Shown: piece by piece, positions 37,930 to 49,759 of the stretch
Layout of the letters: the number at the start of each line of letters is the position of its first letter
Numbering within the stretch: the first letter of the stretch is position 1
DNA from: Eledone cirrhosa
Lineage: Eukaryota
Assembly (NCBI GenBank): GCA_964016885.1
Contig: OZ024741.1
Coordinates: 230,454,001-230,518,000 of the forward strand
Direction of reading: 5' to 3'
Length of the DNA: 64,000 nucleotides
The notes under the pieces: generated by a model
Seen by the model: the letters and a program-made list of their open reading frames with translations, nothing else
Database searches by the model: none
Told to the model about the DNA's origin: nothing
Program-made: the position numbers and the translations under genes

Positions 37930-39700
37930 CTGCTTACTTTGAAATGCCGTCAATAGTTCTCAACAAATCCTCTCAAAATTTGACACGGCTAACTAAATCC
38001 ATCCATTAACAAAATCTTCAAGCAGTGTTAGGCAGGCCTCGATTTTCGTTCCATCATCAACGACCAAACGGTCAACTAGTTTGATCGAAATTTAAACGGT
38101 GGCATCACTTGCAAAAAAGCCCAATCGAGAGAGCACTTTGCTGATTGAGCGTCCTGAGTGAAGCCTCTACATCTTATCTAATGTAGTCCCAAATGCTTCT
38201 TCCAGCTTCTGTTCTGGTCCCTCTCCACCAATTTCTTTTACTTTCTGCATTTCCCCATTCACAGCCCTCTTCCCAGCATAGTGTATAAGCCAGAATGATC
38301 AGTTGTTGAGCCAATTTTGATGAGATAAATATATCTGCAGATAGCCACCTAGTTTGAATGTGATATGGAAACGTCAATTGGCTTCCTAGATTGACTTTCA
38401 GCTGCAAGTCAGAGACCGTATAGAGAAAACTCGTTCTTGTTCTTGACTGAAGAAGAGATTAAGAAATATTATCAATTTCTATCGTGCACGGGAGTGTTTG
38501 CTTGTGTTGTTGCCAGTAGCTAATCTCTCTGCAAATTTCATTAGGCAAGCTGTCATTGCACCTGTGAGAACAGCCTTCTGCAAGTGTTATTCTTCCAGCA
38601 CAGAAAGAGCAAGAGTTGTCTTGATCGTGATACACGTGTAAGGATTAGTTAGGATTGGTAACGCATTGTAGAATGTGTGGGTAAGGAACTGAAGACGAAG
38701 AAAGTCTGCCTGCATGAAGTTAGTCCACGTAATCATGTGCTGTGCTGCACTCTCCCATTTTATTCACGTATTCTGCTGCCCAAACCCTACTGAACTGTTA
38801 ATTCACACATATTCTAGACCTACCTTAGAATTATTCCAATACCTCCCAGCCATGCTCCCTGATTCCCGCACGAAGTATATTTTGCTTTCAGAACAACTGT
38901 GCCAATTGCACCACTATCTGTGTGTCATTTTCTACTTGTTTTCATCGTGATTTCAGCAGATGTTACCTTTGTTCTATGGAGTCGCTGTACTGCAAGAGTT
39001 CTCGCTCTTGCAAATGCAAAATCCTCTGTGATGCTACAGAATGGCAGCTACAAGATGTTAGTAATCTCATACATTACTGCACTGTTAATGCTGCGGGAAA
39101 ACGTAACCACTTGCGCAGAGTGTCGCTGATCTCCCAAGGTGCTCCATTCTTGTAAATTTGTCTGTTTAGAATACCAGAGGCCAGAGAACGCAAAAATAGG
39201 CTTACTTTTTTGTATAGCGTGCCCTTTAATCTGCTGGACATGATTGATGTCACGAACTTGGTAAGCCATTCTTCACTTTCTTTTATGAATTTTTAAATAA
39301 CAGGAGACCCTTGGAAAGCGAGTCAAAGCATTTTCTTGGACAATTGAGCTGTCAGGGTAATTCAGGACATGAAAAATTGGAATTAGTTGACCATGTTCCC
39401 TTATTTCAAAACTATATACCATGACATTTCAGGTTTGAACGTCATCCTCGCCATGATGATCAGCTTCTCAACAACCTGAAGAATACTCCTGCTATCTGGG
39501 ATTAATGTTGTTTTGACGATATTATGAATGATATTACTGGGGGTGTCATATTCCCAACTTCGTCAGAGGTCCCACATACTGCACATCGGCTGAGTTGAAC
39601 ACCATATTCATTGAAACTGCAAAAAGAATAACGGTTGTGGTGCAACTTGTTATTATTCATTTTCTAAGTCAGCGCCACTCTTTAGAGGTGACCCGACACT
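37930..39700 (-). mobile_element. Decayed HERO-clade RLE non-LTR retrotransposon
   Basis: LQLPFCSITEDF, KWES..ITW, RLQFL..FYNALP, CSFC, LKVNLGSQLTFPYHI..DIFISS..TLCWEE and RGF..SISKVLSRLG; boundaries approximate. Confidence 0.7.
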
Positions 39701-39855
39701 CAACATCTGTGTTGCAGTAATCCAGGATCAGATCCATACGCCAATACATCTGTACAAACATCTATTCATACATACATCTATCTATCTGGGCGGGTAAAAT
39801 TCATGTCTCGGATATAACTCCCTTAATTTAATTTTGGATATATATATACGGCCCC

Positions 39856-40285
39856 TTAATTGTAGAGCTAACTCAGTTAAAAGGACTCGGCTGCTATTTA
39901 TAACTGTCGATAATCCTATTCACGCCACTGGGATGACGCTGGTACGATGTGTGTAGTTTTAAAAATGCAACACGTGCGACGGGTCATTCGCAGATTTGCA
40001 TTTGATGTGTAAACACAGATAGTTAAATCTTCTCCCTTGCTGAAGATCGGCATTTTGACTACTGTGAGTTTACGTATTAATGGTGAACTATATTTCTTTA
40101 ATGAAATATATACTAGCAAGATTAATCATTTTAAAAGGTATCTATATTTGAAGTTCTAGTTAAACTTTAATTAGATACCTAACTAGCTGTGTGTGGTTAC
40201 ATACTTTACAAATTATCCCTGTGATTGTTTCATATGTTTATTTTAGATATATATATATGTCAATCAATTTCTAGTTGATATATGT
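39856..40285. repeat. Unclassified ~430-bp dispersed repeat
   Basis: Colinear homologue at 61340-61785. Confidence 0.8.
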
Positions 40286-40499
40286 ATTTATATATATATA
40301 TATATATACACAGGAAAAGAGTCAGGACCCCGACGGCAGAGCTCCGGCCGGTTCGACAGCTAGATCCTAACTAAGACAGCAGTATTAAAACGGCGGGAAT
40401 CTAGCTGAACTTATCAAGGGATACAGTCCATATATGGACATACAGTCACAACAAAAAAAAAGCAGAAATTGTTGTTTTTCTTGTCTGTCACGGGGAGGG

Positions 40500-40700
40500 G
40501 TCTATGAATAGGATGTGATGTATATGGTTAAGGAAGTAATTTGTGCAAAGTTGGGTGTAGTACTGCAGGAACGTTTAACAATGTTTCTGTTGATGATATT
40601 GTGGTAGCGGTGTTGGAATGGGAAGTGTTTATCGATAAGTCTGAAGAAGATCTTCCCAATTGGTGTTGCAACTTCGGCATTGTGGGTAGGGTTGAACCAC
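40500..40700 (-). mobile_element. Naiad-type Penelope fragment
   Basis: WFNP..EVATPIGKIFFRLIDKHFP..HRYHNIINRNIVK.SCS..PN. Confidence 0.75.
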
Positions 40701-40728
40701 ATGCACGCACACACATGCACACACACAC

Positions 40729-40779
<51 letters not shown>

Positions 40780-40812
40780 TATATACATATATATACACAC
40801 ACATATATACAC

Positions 40813-40873
<61 letters not shown>

Positions 40874-41061
40874 GAGAGCGAGGGAGAGAGAAAGGGAAAG
40901 TAAATAAGAGATAGAGAGATTGTTGAATCATATAAACCAGCACAAATGATTAATGAAAAGCATCAATTTCGACATGAACGTTGTATAAACCGAAGTAAAT
41001 ATTGGGACAGTTAATAAACAGAAATAAAATGAAATAATATAAATATGATTTGCAAGCCTAC

Positions 41062-41137
41062 CGTTTGTAAAAATATCTTCAATTGAAGACAGTATTAATA
41101 TTGTAAAGTAGTAAATGATTACAGTTCCAACACGCAT
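41062..41137 (-). CDS. Candidate first coding exon with signal-peptide-like sequence
   Basis: MRVGTVIIYYFTILILSSIEDIFTN then G|gtaggc donor in phase 1, compatible with the EGF exons downstream. Confidence 0.4.
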
Positions 41138-41320
41138 ATTTTAGATGTTCTAACATCAAAACTTTAACAGGATCTGACAATGTGAGATATAATTAGAATA
41201 TTTACAACAAAAACATATGGGATAGTTAATAACAACATAATAGCTATTCTTATCTTTGATAAGAAGTAGTCATAGTTGTATTTATATATATATAACTACA
41301 CACTTATGTATGTATGTATC

Positions 41321-41716
41321 CGGGAGAGATGACACCTTAGCCTTTGTCAAGGCAGAATTCTAGGAGAAGGAAAACTAACCCTGATGGTATCCAATGATGT
41401 TGACTTGTTCTTCTTTTTGGTAAATATCATCTAGGTTAAGAGAGTGGGACTGGCTTTGTGCAGTGCCTTTGCTCACTATAAAAGCTTCACGGCACATGCA
41501 TTGCTTTATATCTGGAGATCTCTCTGCACTTGTCATCACATGGTACCATGCGCCCAGCACTATGTGTCAGTAATTGTCACAAGTGTAGTCTTTGTCCCAG
41601 AGTTTTCAAGTCGCTGGCTGGACTAAAAAGTCACACTTGTTCAGCACATCGGTAGGGGTTCTCATACACGGATATAAAGTAGTGGCCGTACTCGAAAACG
41701 AGTTGGCAGCCACCAT
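41321..41716 (+). mobile_element. Non-autonomous RTE-related element (5'-truncated copy)
   Basis: Homologous to 60400-60810; contains the RTE-5'UTR-like ctaggagaaggaaaact and ends in (ATGT)n. Confidence 0.6.
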
Positions 41717-42886
41717 GTATGTATGTATGTATGTATGTATGTATGTATGTATGTATGTATGTATGTATGTATGTCGTTCTAGTTTTATAATTTCACAAAT
41801 TTTTGCCAATAGAGAGAGAGAGTCCGTTTCTAACATAGACACAAACCTCTCTCATTGGAATTTACACAATATCAAGTAGGTAGATATGTATGCATGTCTG
41901 CATGTCTGCATGTGTATGTATGGATGTTATTGAATGTGTGGATGTGTATGTTTTGAGTTGTATGTGTGCATGTGTGCGCTTTGTATCTGTACATGTGTAT
42001 ATGCAGTTATTAGATGAAACATTTTTGGAACGTTTTACATAATTTTTAATGTTCCATTAATGGATTGTATTTGTTATTTCCTAACTAGTTGTGTTCTTTC
42101 TGTTCCTGTGAAGCCCAGCTTCTCGAGATTTGTATTGAGGCAGTTACTAACATATCCCAGTCCCTCAATAATCACAGGCATAAATCTGAAGGTATAATCA
42201 GGGTAGAGTATCTGCAGATTTCTCATTAGTTCTGCATAAATATTCTTCTTTTCGCTAATCTTTGATATTGACATCTGCTTGGCAGCTAACTTCCACTACT
42301 GTGCATGCCTTCTTTTCCCTGTCGCAAATTATTATATCTGGTCTGTTATGCTTGCATTTTATTGGGGCTTCTACTGGAACATTCCACCAGAACTCTTTCA
42401 TATTATGTATATGTTTGTCTTCCACATTGGTGAAGGCGCATGGCTTGGTGGTTAGAGCATTGGGCCTGCAACCGAAAAGTTGTGAGTTCAATTCTCGGAC
42501 CGCATGACGTGTTGTTTCCTTGAGCAAGACACTTTATTTCACGTTGCTCCAATTTACTCAGGTGTAGAAATGAGATGACAGGACTGGGATTCCTATCATT
42601 AAATTAACCAAGTGAGCTGTCACACACTTCCACATTGCTGTAGCATTTAATGTGTTTATTATCGAGGCTATCTTTTCTACGGATTGCATTGTACAGTGTT
42701 TTGGCCACTGCATCATGACTCATAGGTAGATAGTACCACGATGGCATCTTTGGACAGCTGCTTATGACATGGGTGACATCTTCGATATTAATTCTGCAGT
42801 GTCTGCACTTGTTATCACATCTAGATGTTTTGCCTGCATCCCTATCTCTTTTGTGAATCAGGTATTTCGTGTTGATTTCCTGTTCT
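41717..42886 (-). mobile_element. 3' fragment of R4/Dong family A with (TACA)n tail
   Basis: Colinear with 10871-11815. Confidence 0.9.
42430..42626 (+). mobile_element. CORE/Meta-like tRNA SINE with 11-bp TSD
   Basis: cttccacattg at 42419-42429 and 42627-42637; the empty site is seen at 11563-11573. Confidence 0.9.
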
Positions 42887-43184
42887 GTATATAATTATGT
42901 ATATTTGTATGTATGTATATATGAATGTATGCATGTATATATGTACATATGATTGCATCTAATTATATATGTATATATGCATGCATCAATGCATATTGAA
43001 CTATTCATGTGTTCATGTGCCTATATATCATCATGCTATTTATCATTAATAAAGCGGACGGGCAATAATTGTGATGATGGCAGTCGTTAGAACGCTGGAT
43101 ATTTGTTCCGGGTCTCCGCGTTCTGAGTTCAAATTCCTCCGAGGTCCACTTTGTATATATATATCGTTTAAATTTGTATATATA

Positions 43185-43388
43185 TATATCGATCGACTCT
43201 CGTCGAATCGGACCGAGGAAACAATGTTTCTGTCGGTCTTTCCAGTTGCTAATACTACCTATCGGTCGCAACTCCAGGTAGAAGGAGCAACGTGTCTTGC
43301 TCAAGGACATAACGCGTCGCCCGGACCAGGAATCGAACTCACAACCGCAAGATTGTGAATCCAATTCTCTAACCACTCAGCCACACGC
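43185..43388 (-). mobile_element. CORE/Meta-like tRNA SINE
   Basis: Homologous to 9888-10080 and 52755-52970. Confidence 0.8.
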
Positions 43389-43799
43389 TGATGTATGTAT
43401 ATATGAAAAATTGAAAAGAATATCCACACTTGGATAACAATTTTATTATGTAGATCTAATAAGACCTTTGTTAACGTCGGTATACAGTTTTTAAAAACTT
43501 GTTTAAATTTCTGGAGAACTTTCTCGCATGCATCAGTGGCGATTGGCAAACTGATCTGAAGTCATGTTTTGTTTTTGTGTATATAAAAATGTTCGGTGTG
43601 CGTCTGGGGAAGTGTTAATGTGGTGTAAACTACATGTCATCTTTTGATGAAAAGAAAGGATCTTATGCATTTTCCAATATATATATATAGAGAGAGAAAT
43701 GTGTTTTCCAATATAAAAACTGGAAAGATTAGGATGAAACATATGTAAATTAAATTATAATATAACTGACATTGTTTGGTAATATATTTAACTGTATAT

Positions 43800-43865
<66 letters not shown>

Positions 43866-43993
43866 TTAATATATAAGAGAACAAAGAATCAGTGTTACAT
43901 CATATACATAATTAATATGTTTCACTGTCGTTCAGCTCCAGGGACGATCTATTAATAATCGAACCTATGCTGGAGTCGGAAGCTCCTCAAATA

Positions 43994-44094
43994 TTTCTGA
44001 TGAAGTGTAGTATTTTATGCAATGCTTGCGATTGAGCATAATAATACGCAATCTGCGCTAGTAGACTGATGTTGTACTGAAACATATGTTAAAG
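43994..44094 (+). ncRNA. Hammerhead-like motif with long stem II
   Basis: ttt-CTGATGA-agtgtag...ttgtact-GAAA-catatg-TT-aaag. Confidence 0.55.
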
Positions 44095-44639
44095 AACGGA
44101 CTCTAATTAAATTTTTCTTCTCTAACCTCTACTTCATGCCTAGTCGTTTGTTTTTCCTATACCTTTAAATTTATATATATATATATAATTTATATATATT
44201 GTTCTCTTCTAACCTCTACTTCATGCCTATTCATTTGCTTTTCCTAATAATATACCTTTAAATTTATAATTACTCCGTGATCTTCCGCTTGGATACTGTA
44301 CATTGAACTCTTAAATTGAACTGCTACCGTATCTCCTGAAGAGACCATGTCGAGAAAAATACTTTGGTAAGCAAACTTCCTTGTTTACTTTGTTTGTACA
44401 TTGATTCACACAAACAAATGTTAACCTTACATACCTTCGTATATATATATATATATATATAAGATGAAATAGAAAATGCAACTGGCGTCTTTTTTTAAAA
44501 TATGAATTTATTTGGTTCCTTTACCGGTTTCGCAGTTCTTCTTCTTTTCAAAAGTAGAATTGAGATGGAGGGTTTGTGGTTTTCTCACATCTATATATAT
44601 AATATTATGTATATATATATATATACCGTTAATAAATGA

Positions 44640-46925
44640 AATAAAACAAAACAAACACAGGAATGCAAAAGTACAGAGTCTTAAAATTACGATATAATTG
44701 TACTAAAATATGAATACGTTAAGCCTGGAGGAAGTGGAGGCGGGTTCAACGTTTCGGACAGAAGTCATTCTTCAGAAAATGTTGGATAGGGAGAGAACAG
44801 GTATATGTATGAGTAGTATGTTTATAGATAGACATGTCTGTGTGTTCATGAATATTCACGTAAATCCAGTTCGGACGCAAAGTCGTTGCTGCGAAGTCAG
44901 GAAAGCCTTGTTCACGACGGAAGTGAGGAAGCGGAGAGGTGTGGGAGGTCGTGGCGCACGCAGAGTTGGGAGGGAGCGTGTATGTGTGTGTAGCTGTAAG
45001 TACGAAGAGGTGGAGTGGAGCGCAATGTGATTTGGTATGGTGATAATGAGCAACAGTAGATGGCCGATAAGATGGAGTGGGGTTAGTGGTGTTAATGGGA
45101 GGGGTGCAGTTAGTTTGTCCTGTAGATAAGGTGAAAGTAGGGTCATATCGGCGTGGCAGCTAATCTGTTAGCGTGCGTGAGTATGTGTGTGTGGCGTTTT
45201 TTCATGTTTATATGAATATGAGTGTCTACGTTTGTGTGTATGGTAATGTCGGATTGTAACGTGGTAGTTGTGTTGAGTATGTGTATTGGGGTGATATAGG
45301 AAGGAATTGTGAGTTAGAAGAGGGTAAGTAATGTTAGTGGTTAGTGGGGTGATTAATGTTTATCCTTTAGTACTTTAGTATATTATTCAGTGTTGAGCGG
45401 GGTATAGGAGGAGTTATGTCGTAGCAGACTAACTGGTGTAAGTGTGTGGGTCGGTGTAGGTATGTGTATGTGGAATTTAGACCGTTACCGGTACAGGTTT
45501 GGAGAAACAAATCATGCGCTGCTTATGTCTAAGGAATGTGTGCGAGGCTCCGGAGCACGCAATAAGGCCGCAGAGGGTGAGGTTGCGAGGGGAGTGTCCG
45601 GCGGAGGAGAAATGTCGAGCGATCGGTGACCGGCTGCTGAGCCGGATGCCCCGGAATGCTCAATGAACCTGTCCGCTAATTGCCACCCTGTCTCTCCGAT
45701 GAAAGCCGCTCCACATAGCATGCAATGGAGCCCGTAGACAAGTCTGGAGGTGTAGATGGAGACGGAGATGTCCAGGAAGTGATTGGAGCGGATGGAGATT
45801 GAGGTGGTGAAGTCCAGGACGGGTAGAATGAGCAGAGGAAAGAGAAAAATGTCGAGCTGTTCCGGGTTAGTGAGGTGGTGACAATGTAGTCATCAATGTA
45901 ACGGCCGGGGAATTTAGACCGTTACCGGATGGGGTCGATGTATAGGGCTAAGATGTGGGCGTCAACGTAGCCAACGAATAGGTTGGTGTAAGTGGTGGCC
46001 CGTTCTTGTGCCCATGACCATCTCGGTAAATTGTTGGTAGAACTCACCCGATAAGGAAAATCCGTTGATGGTGAGGACTATCTCGGCGAGGCAAATGAGG
46101 GTGGAGGATAGGTATAGAGTGGAGTAGCGAAAGTCGAGAGCGTGTTGAAGGGAACGTAAGCCATCGGCGTAGGGGATGACCATGTAAAGGGATTTGATAT
46201 CGAGGGTGAAGAGGAGGGGTTGTGCCGGGTGGAAAGGTATAAGAGAGTCGGAGATATAAGAGTCGGAGAGTGTAGTTTGTGTCGGTTATGTTGGAAGGGA
46301 GGGCAGCTACTAGGTGTGCGAGGATGGAGTCGAGATAGGCGGAGATGAGTTCAGTGGGGCATTTGCAGGTGGAGACGATGGAGCGGCCAGTGTTATTGGG
46401 TTTGTGGATGTGGGGGAGGAAATATATGGTGGGGATGCGTGGTGTGCAGATGGTGAGGTTGGTGGTGGTAAGAGGGAGGTAGTAACGAGTTGCTATAAGG
46501 CAGAGAGTTCTTGTTGCTGATATTGAGGGGTGGCATCAATACCTCCGTCATGTAGAAGTTGGTGCGCCACACCACAAGGGCACCGCCTTTGTCTGCCGGT
46601 TTGTTTACGATGCTGTGGCAGTTTCGGAATGAACGGAGAACAGTGAGTTCGGCCCCAGAGATGTTGCTTCGTTTAGAGCGTTTACTTTTATGGTACCTCA
46701 CGCTATGACAGGCATCGACGAAAGAAACCATAGTGCTGAACATCCCAGGTGTTGGGGTCCAATGAGATGTTCATCAGCGAATGGCCAGGAAGTGGTCCGA
46801 GCCATTCGGAGCCGGTGGTGTGGCATAGAAATGCGCCTGCATTTTAGTGCGATGGAGGAACCGTTCAATATCTACACGAGTGCGAAATATGTCGTAGTAT
46901 ATGGTGTAGGGCATGAAGCGTAGGT
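44640..46925 (-). mobile_element. Decayed Penelope-like element (Neptune-type) with RT, GIY-YIG and terminal hammerhead
   Basis: KPADKGGALVVW, LDIKSLY..IP, EFYQQ..MGT, YIDD and LHCMLCGAAFIGETG..LADRFIEH. Confidence 0.85.
44745..44778 (-). ncRNA. Minimal hammerhead motif at PLE 3' end
   Basis: tt-CTGAAGA-atgac ttct gtcc-GAAA-cg-TT-gaa. Confidence 0.6.
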
Positions 46926-47038
46926 CTCTACTGAGAAGGGAAAGTCCACCACCTTCCCTCACGTTTCTTTCTCTCTCACCTCTATATTGCTAATTATATT
47001 ACTCGCACATATGTATATATAGTATAATATAGATATAA

Positions 47039-47126
<88 letters not shown>

Positions 47127-47179
47127 GTTTGGAGTTGGAAGGCCAAGACAATGCAGGTATGTATATAGAATATAAATAC

Positions 47180-47577
47180 AAATGCAAAAGATATTGTTGA
47201 TAATTAGTCTTTTACCTTAAATTTATTTGAATATCCTTAATTTTAGAGATAATATCTCTTCTTCGGAGGGAAGTAAAGAGGTTAATTCAGTGTGCTAATT
47301 AGCATGCCAAGTCATGCTGACAGGATATAGTATAGAGATTCCATTTTATCTCTAATGTCAAAGAGTCAAGGTGGATAAAGAGTTGTCTCCATTTAGAAGG
47401 GTTTTGTACATGTATGTTTAAGTGTGTAGGAGAATACGTGAAGGCGTAAGTATGCGTGTGTGTGTGAGTGTGAGAGGATATGTCTATATGTAAATGTGTG
47501 GGCTAGATGCTCTATCGTGTTAAAACTGGTCTTTGTGTGTGTATGTGTGTGTGAGAGAGAGAACAAGTGGTGGTGTA

Positions 47578-47657
<80 letters not shown>

Positions 47658-47910
47658 GGTGTGTTAGTGCGGGGCTAGGTGGTCTATCATGTTAAAAATT
47701 GGGTGTTGAGTTCTAGTCTATTATTGATTGGTGGTTGTGTTTTGTCTATAATCAGTGCTTCTTTAATTCTAAGATTGCCGAGCTTTCTATCCTTAGCTTC
47801 TATCCTAACTGTTATATTTTTGTCGTTTTTTTTTTGCATTTCACTAGGTGTTTCTTAAATTAGGAAGCGTTAGTATTGAGGTTTTCTTTTATTCTTATGT
47901 CTGGTGATCA
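47180..47910 (-). mobile_element. Penelope GIY-YIG C-terminal fragment and 3' region
   Basis: RIKEN..KHLVKC..RIEAKDRKLGNLRIKEALIIDKTQPPINNR; decayed hammerhead-like stem at ~47240-47268. Confidence 0.55.
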
Positions 47911-48022
47911 AGAGTATAATACATAATTACATAAACGGAGAAAGCTATTAGCGATACTCCGACCAATTTTCAACTCACTCAACAAACATTAGGAAATACC
48001 GGAGTATATTCCTAATTAAAAA

Positions 48023-48156
48023 CTTGACCACCTAACGCGTTGTGTTGTTTCTTCGACGTGCAGCCCATGTGTGTGTGTGTATATATATATATATACACCC
48101 ACACACACACATGGGCCGGCCGTCGAAGAAACAACACCACGCGTTCGGTGGTCAAG
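48023..48156. repeat. Palindrome centred on (TG)(TA)(CA) microsatellite; right arm is the 5' end of an RTE
   Basis: cttgaccacctaacgcgttgtgttgtttcttcgacg pairs with cgtcgaagaaacaacaccacgcgttcggtggtcaag. Confidence 0.85.
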
Positions 48157-49221
48157 CTTTGCATGGAACAGATGACCTTCATATAATCTCTCTCTCTCCC
48201 TCCCCCGGCTGGCCCTACACATGCCTGTAAACAATTATTTTCTGGGTGGGTAGTTCAACAGCTCTACCAGTTCACTAACACAAAGCCCAATAGCGAGAGA
48301 TCAAAGGTGACGGGGACAAGTAAAGGGTATTACTGGAAGTTCTTAGCTAGAGCTCTACACTGTGGCGATCATCAGTTGATGGCCGTTCGTGCACAAAATA
48401 TGAGTAATTTGTGCTGTTCGTGTCCTTTGATGGTGACAAAGCAGGTCTTTTTAGACATAGCACTGCTTTCCTTACGCAGGGAGGGGGCTTTTACAGGAGC
48501 CCTAAATAAATGCATACACAATGCTTTAACTTGGCAGTCAACCGCAAATGTCTGGTTATCCAAATACGCGGTCAAAACAAAAAAGAAAGGAAAATATTTA
48601 ACTTTTGGTTCCAAGACAGTGAATTCAACTTGGAACGAAGATCAGCTCTCATCCATAATGCACTCAACAGATGCAGTGTTGATATATGTGCATTAAATGA
48701 GACCTGACTCTCTGGAATGTCCCAAATGGAAGAAGTGAGAGAGGGCTACTCAGTTTTCTGGGTTGGAAAGAGTGAATATGACCGCCGTCCACCGGGGGCT
48801 TGCTTTGTCATCAGATCTGACATTACCAAATCCCTAACATTAATCCACAAAGGTGTTAGTGATTGCATAATGACTCTGTCACTGGATTTGGAAAACAGCA
48901 TCTCTGTTACGATAATAAATTGCTATGCCCCAACTCTCTGTTCACCTGAGCATGAGATTGAAATATTCTACGACGAGCTTCACACAATGGTCTCCTCTGT
49001 TTCCAACAAGAACAAGCTGATCCTATTGAGTGATTTCAATGCTAGAGTTGCAAATGACTTTCAAACATATCATAACGTCCTTGGATCTAACGAAGTTGGA
49101 GCTATGAACGCCAGTGGGTTTAGTTTTCTCTCACTCTATAAAGAATTTGATCACGTTATCACTAACAGCTTCTTTCAACAACGTGAAAACCATAAAACAG
49201 GATGGTTCATCCTAGATCCAT
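48105..49221 (+). mobile_element. 5' part of an RTE LINE (5'UTR plus apurinic-like endonuclease)
   Basis: VDICALNET, GYSVFWVG, INCYAPT, FYDEL, LSDFNARV and ITNSFF. Confidence 0.85.
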
Positions 49222-49680
49222 CCTAGATCCAACGTAGTGTAAAATTTGAACAAAGTAGGTTGATTAATGTGGGAGCTAGAGCCGAAAAAGTGGAAATTTG
49301 AGACTAAAATTTGTATTTTTGAATATTTAAGCGGCTGCCACGCTGTCCCTGAACAACAAATGCACAATATAAAGCGAGTACAGGATGTGCAATGATACAT
49401 TTTATTTTGCTTTAAAATTTGAACGAAATCGGTGGCAAAATGTGGGAGCTAGAGCCAAAAATCATATTTTTCGCTACCTAAAAAAAGGTGACACCACTAT
49501 TCATTTTTATCTGCAGAATGACCCCGGAATAAAAAAACGATGTGCTGATACATAGAAAACACTCCCCGATGACTAATCTATGAGCCTGTAAAGTTTCATG
49601 AAAATCAGTCGTAAGATGTAGGCCCCTATAGGTAATACACAGACACACAGACACACACACATACTTAAATTTATATATAT
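49222..49680 (+). mobile_element. Non-autonomous Helitron/Helentron-like element (Lep1/HINE-type architecture)
   Basis: Internal repeat aaaatttgaac...gtgggagctagagcc (49241, 49414); aagtttcatgaaaatc, (CAGA/CA)n and tttatatatat terminus. Confidence 0.5.
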
Positions 49681-49759
49681 ACATACACACACACACATAT
49701 ATATATATTTATATATATACATATATGATATAATATAATATAATATAATATAAGCAAGT

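Noticed and set aside
37990-38160. Academ-like transposase motif (S..L.RLG)
   Set aside because: Upstream motifs fit the HERO RLE C-terminus much better
43420-43556. Possible minus-strand exon after an acttcag acceptor
   Set aside because: Phase-1 frame hits a stop quickly, the donor is weak and there is no recognisable domain
44335-44380. CTGAAGA hammerhead-like start
   Set aside because: No properly placed stem II closure and GAAA
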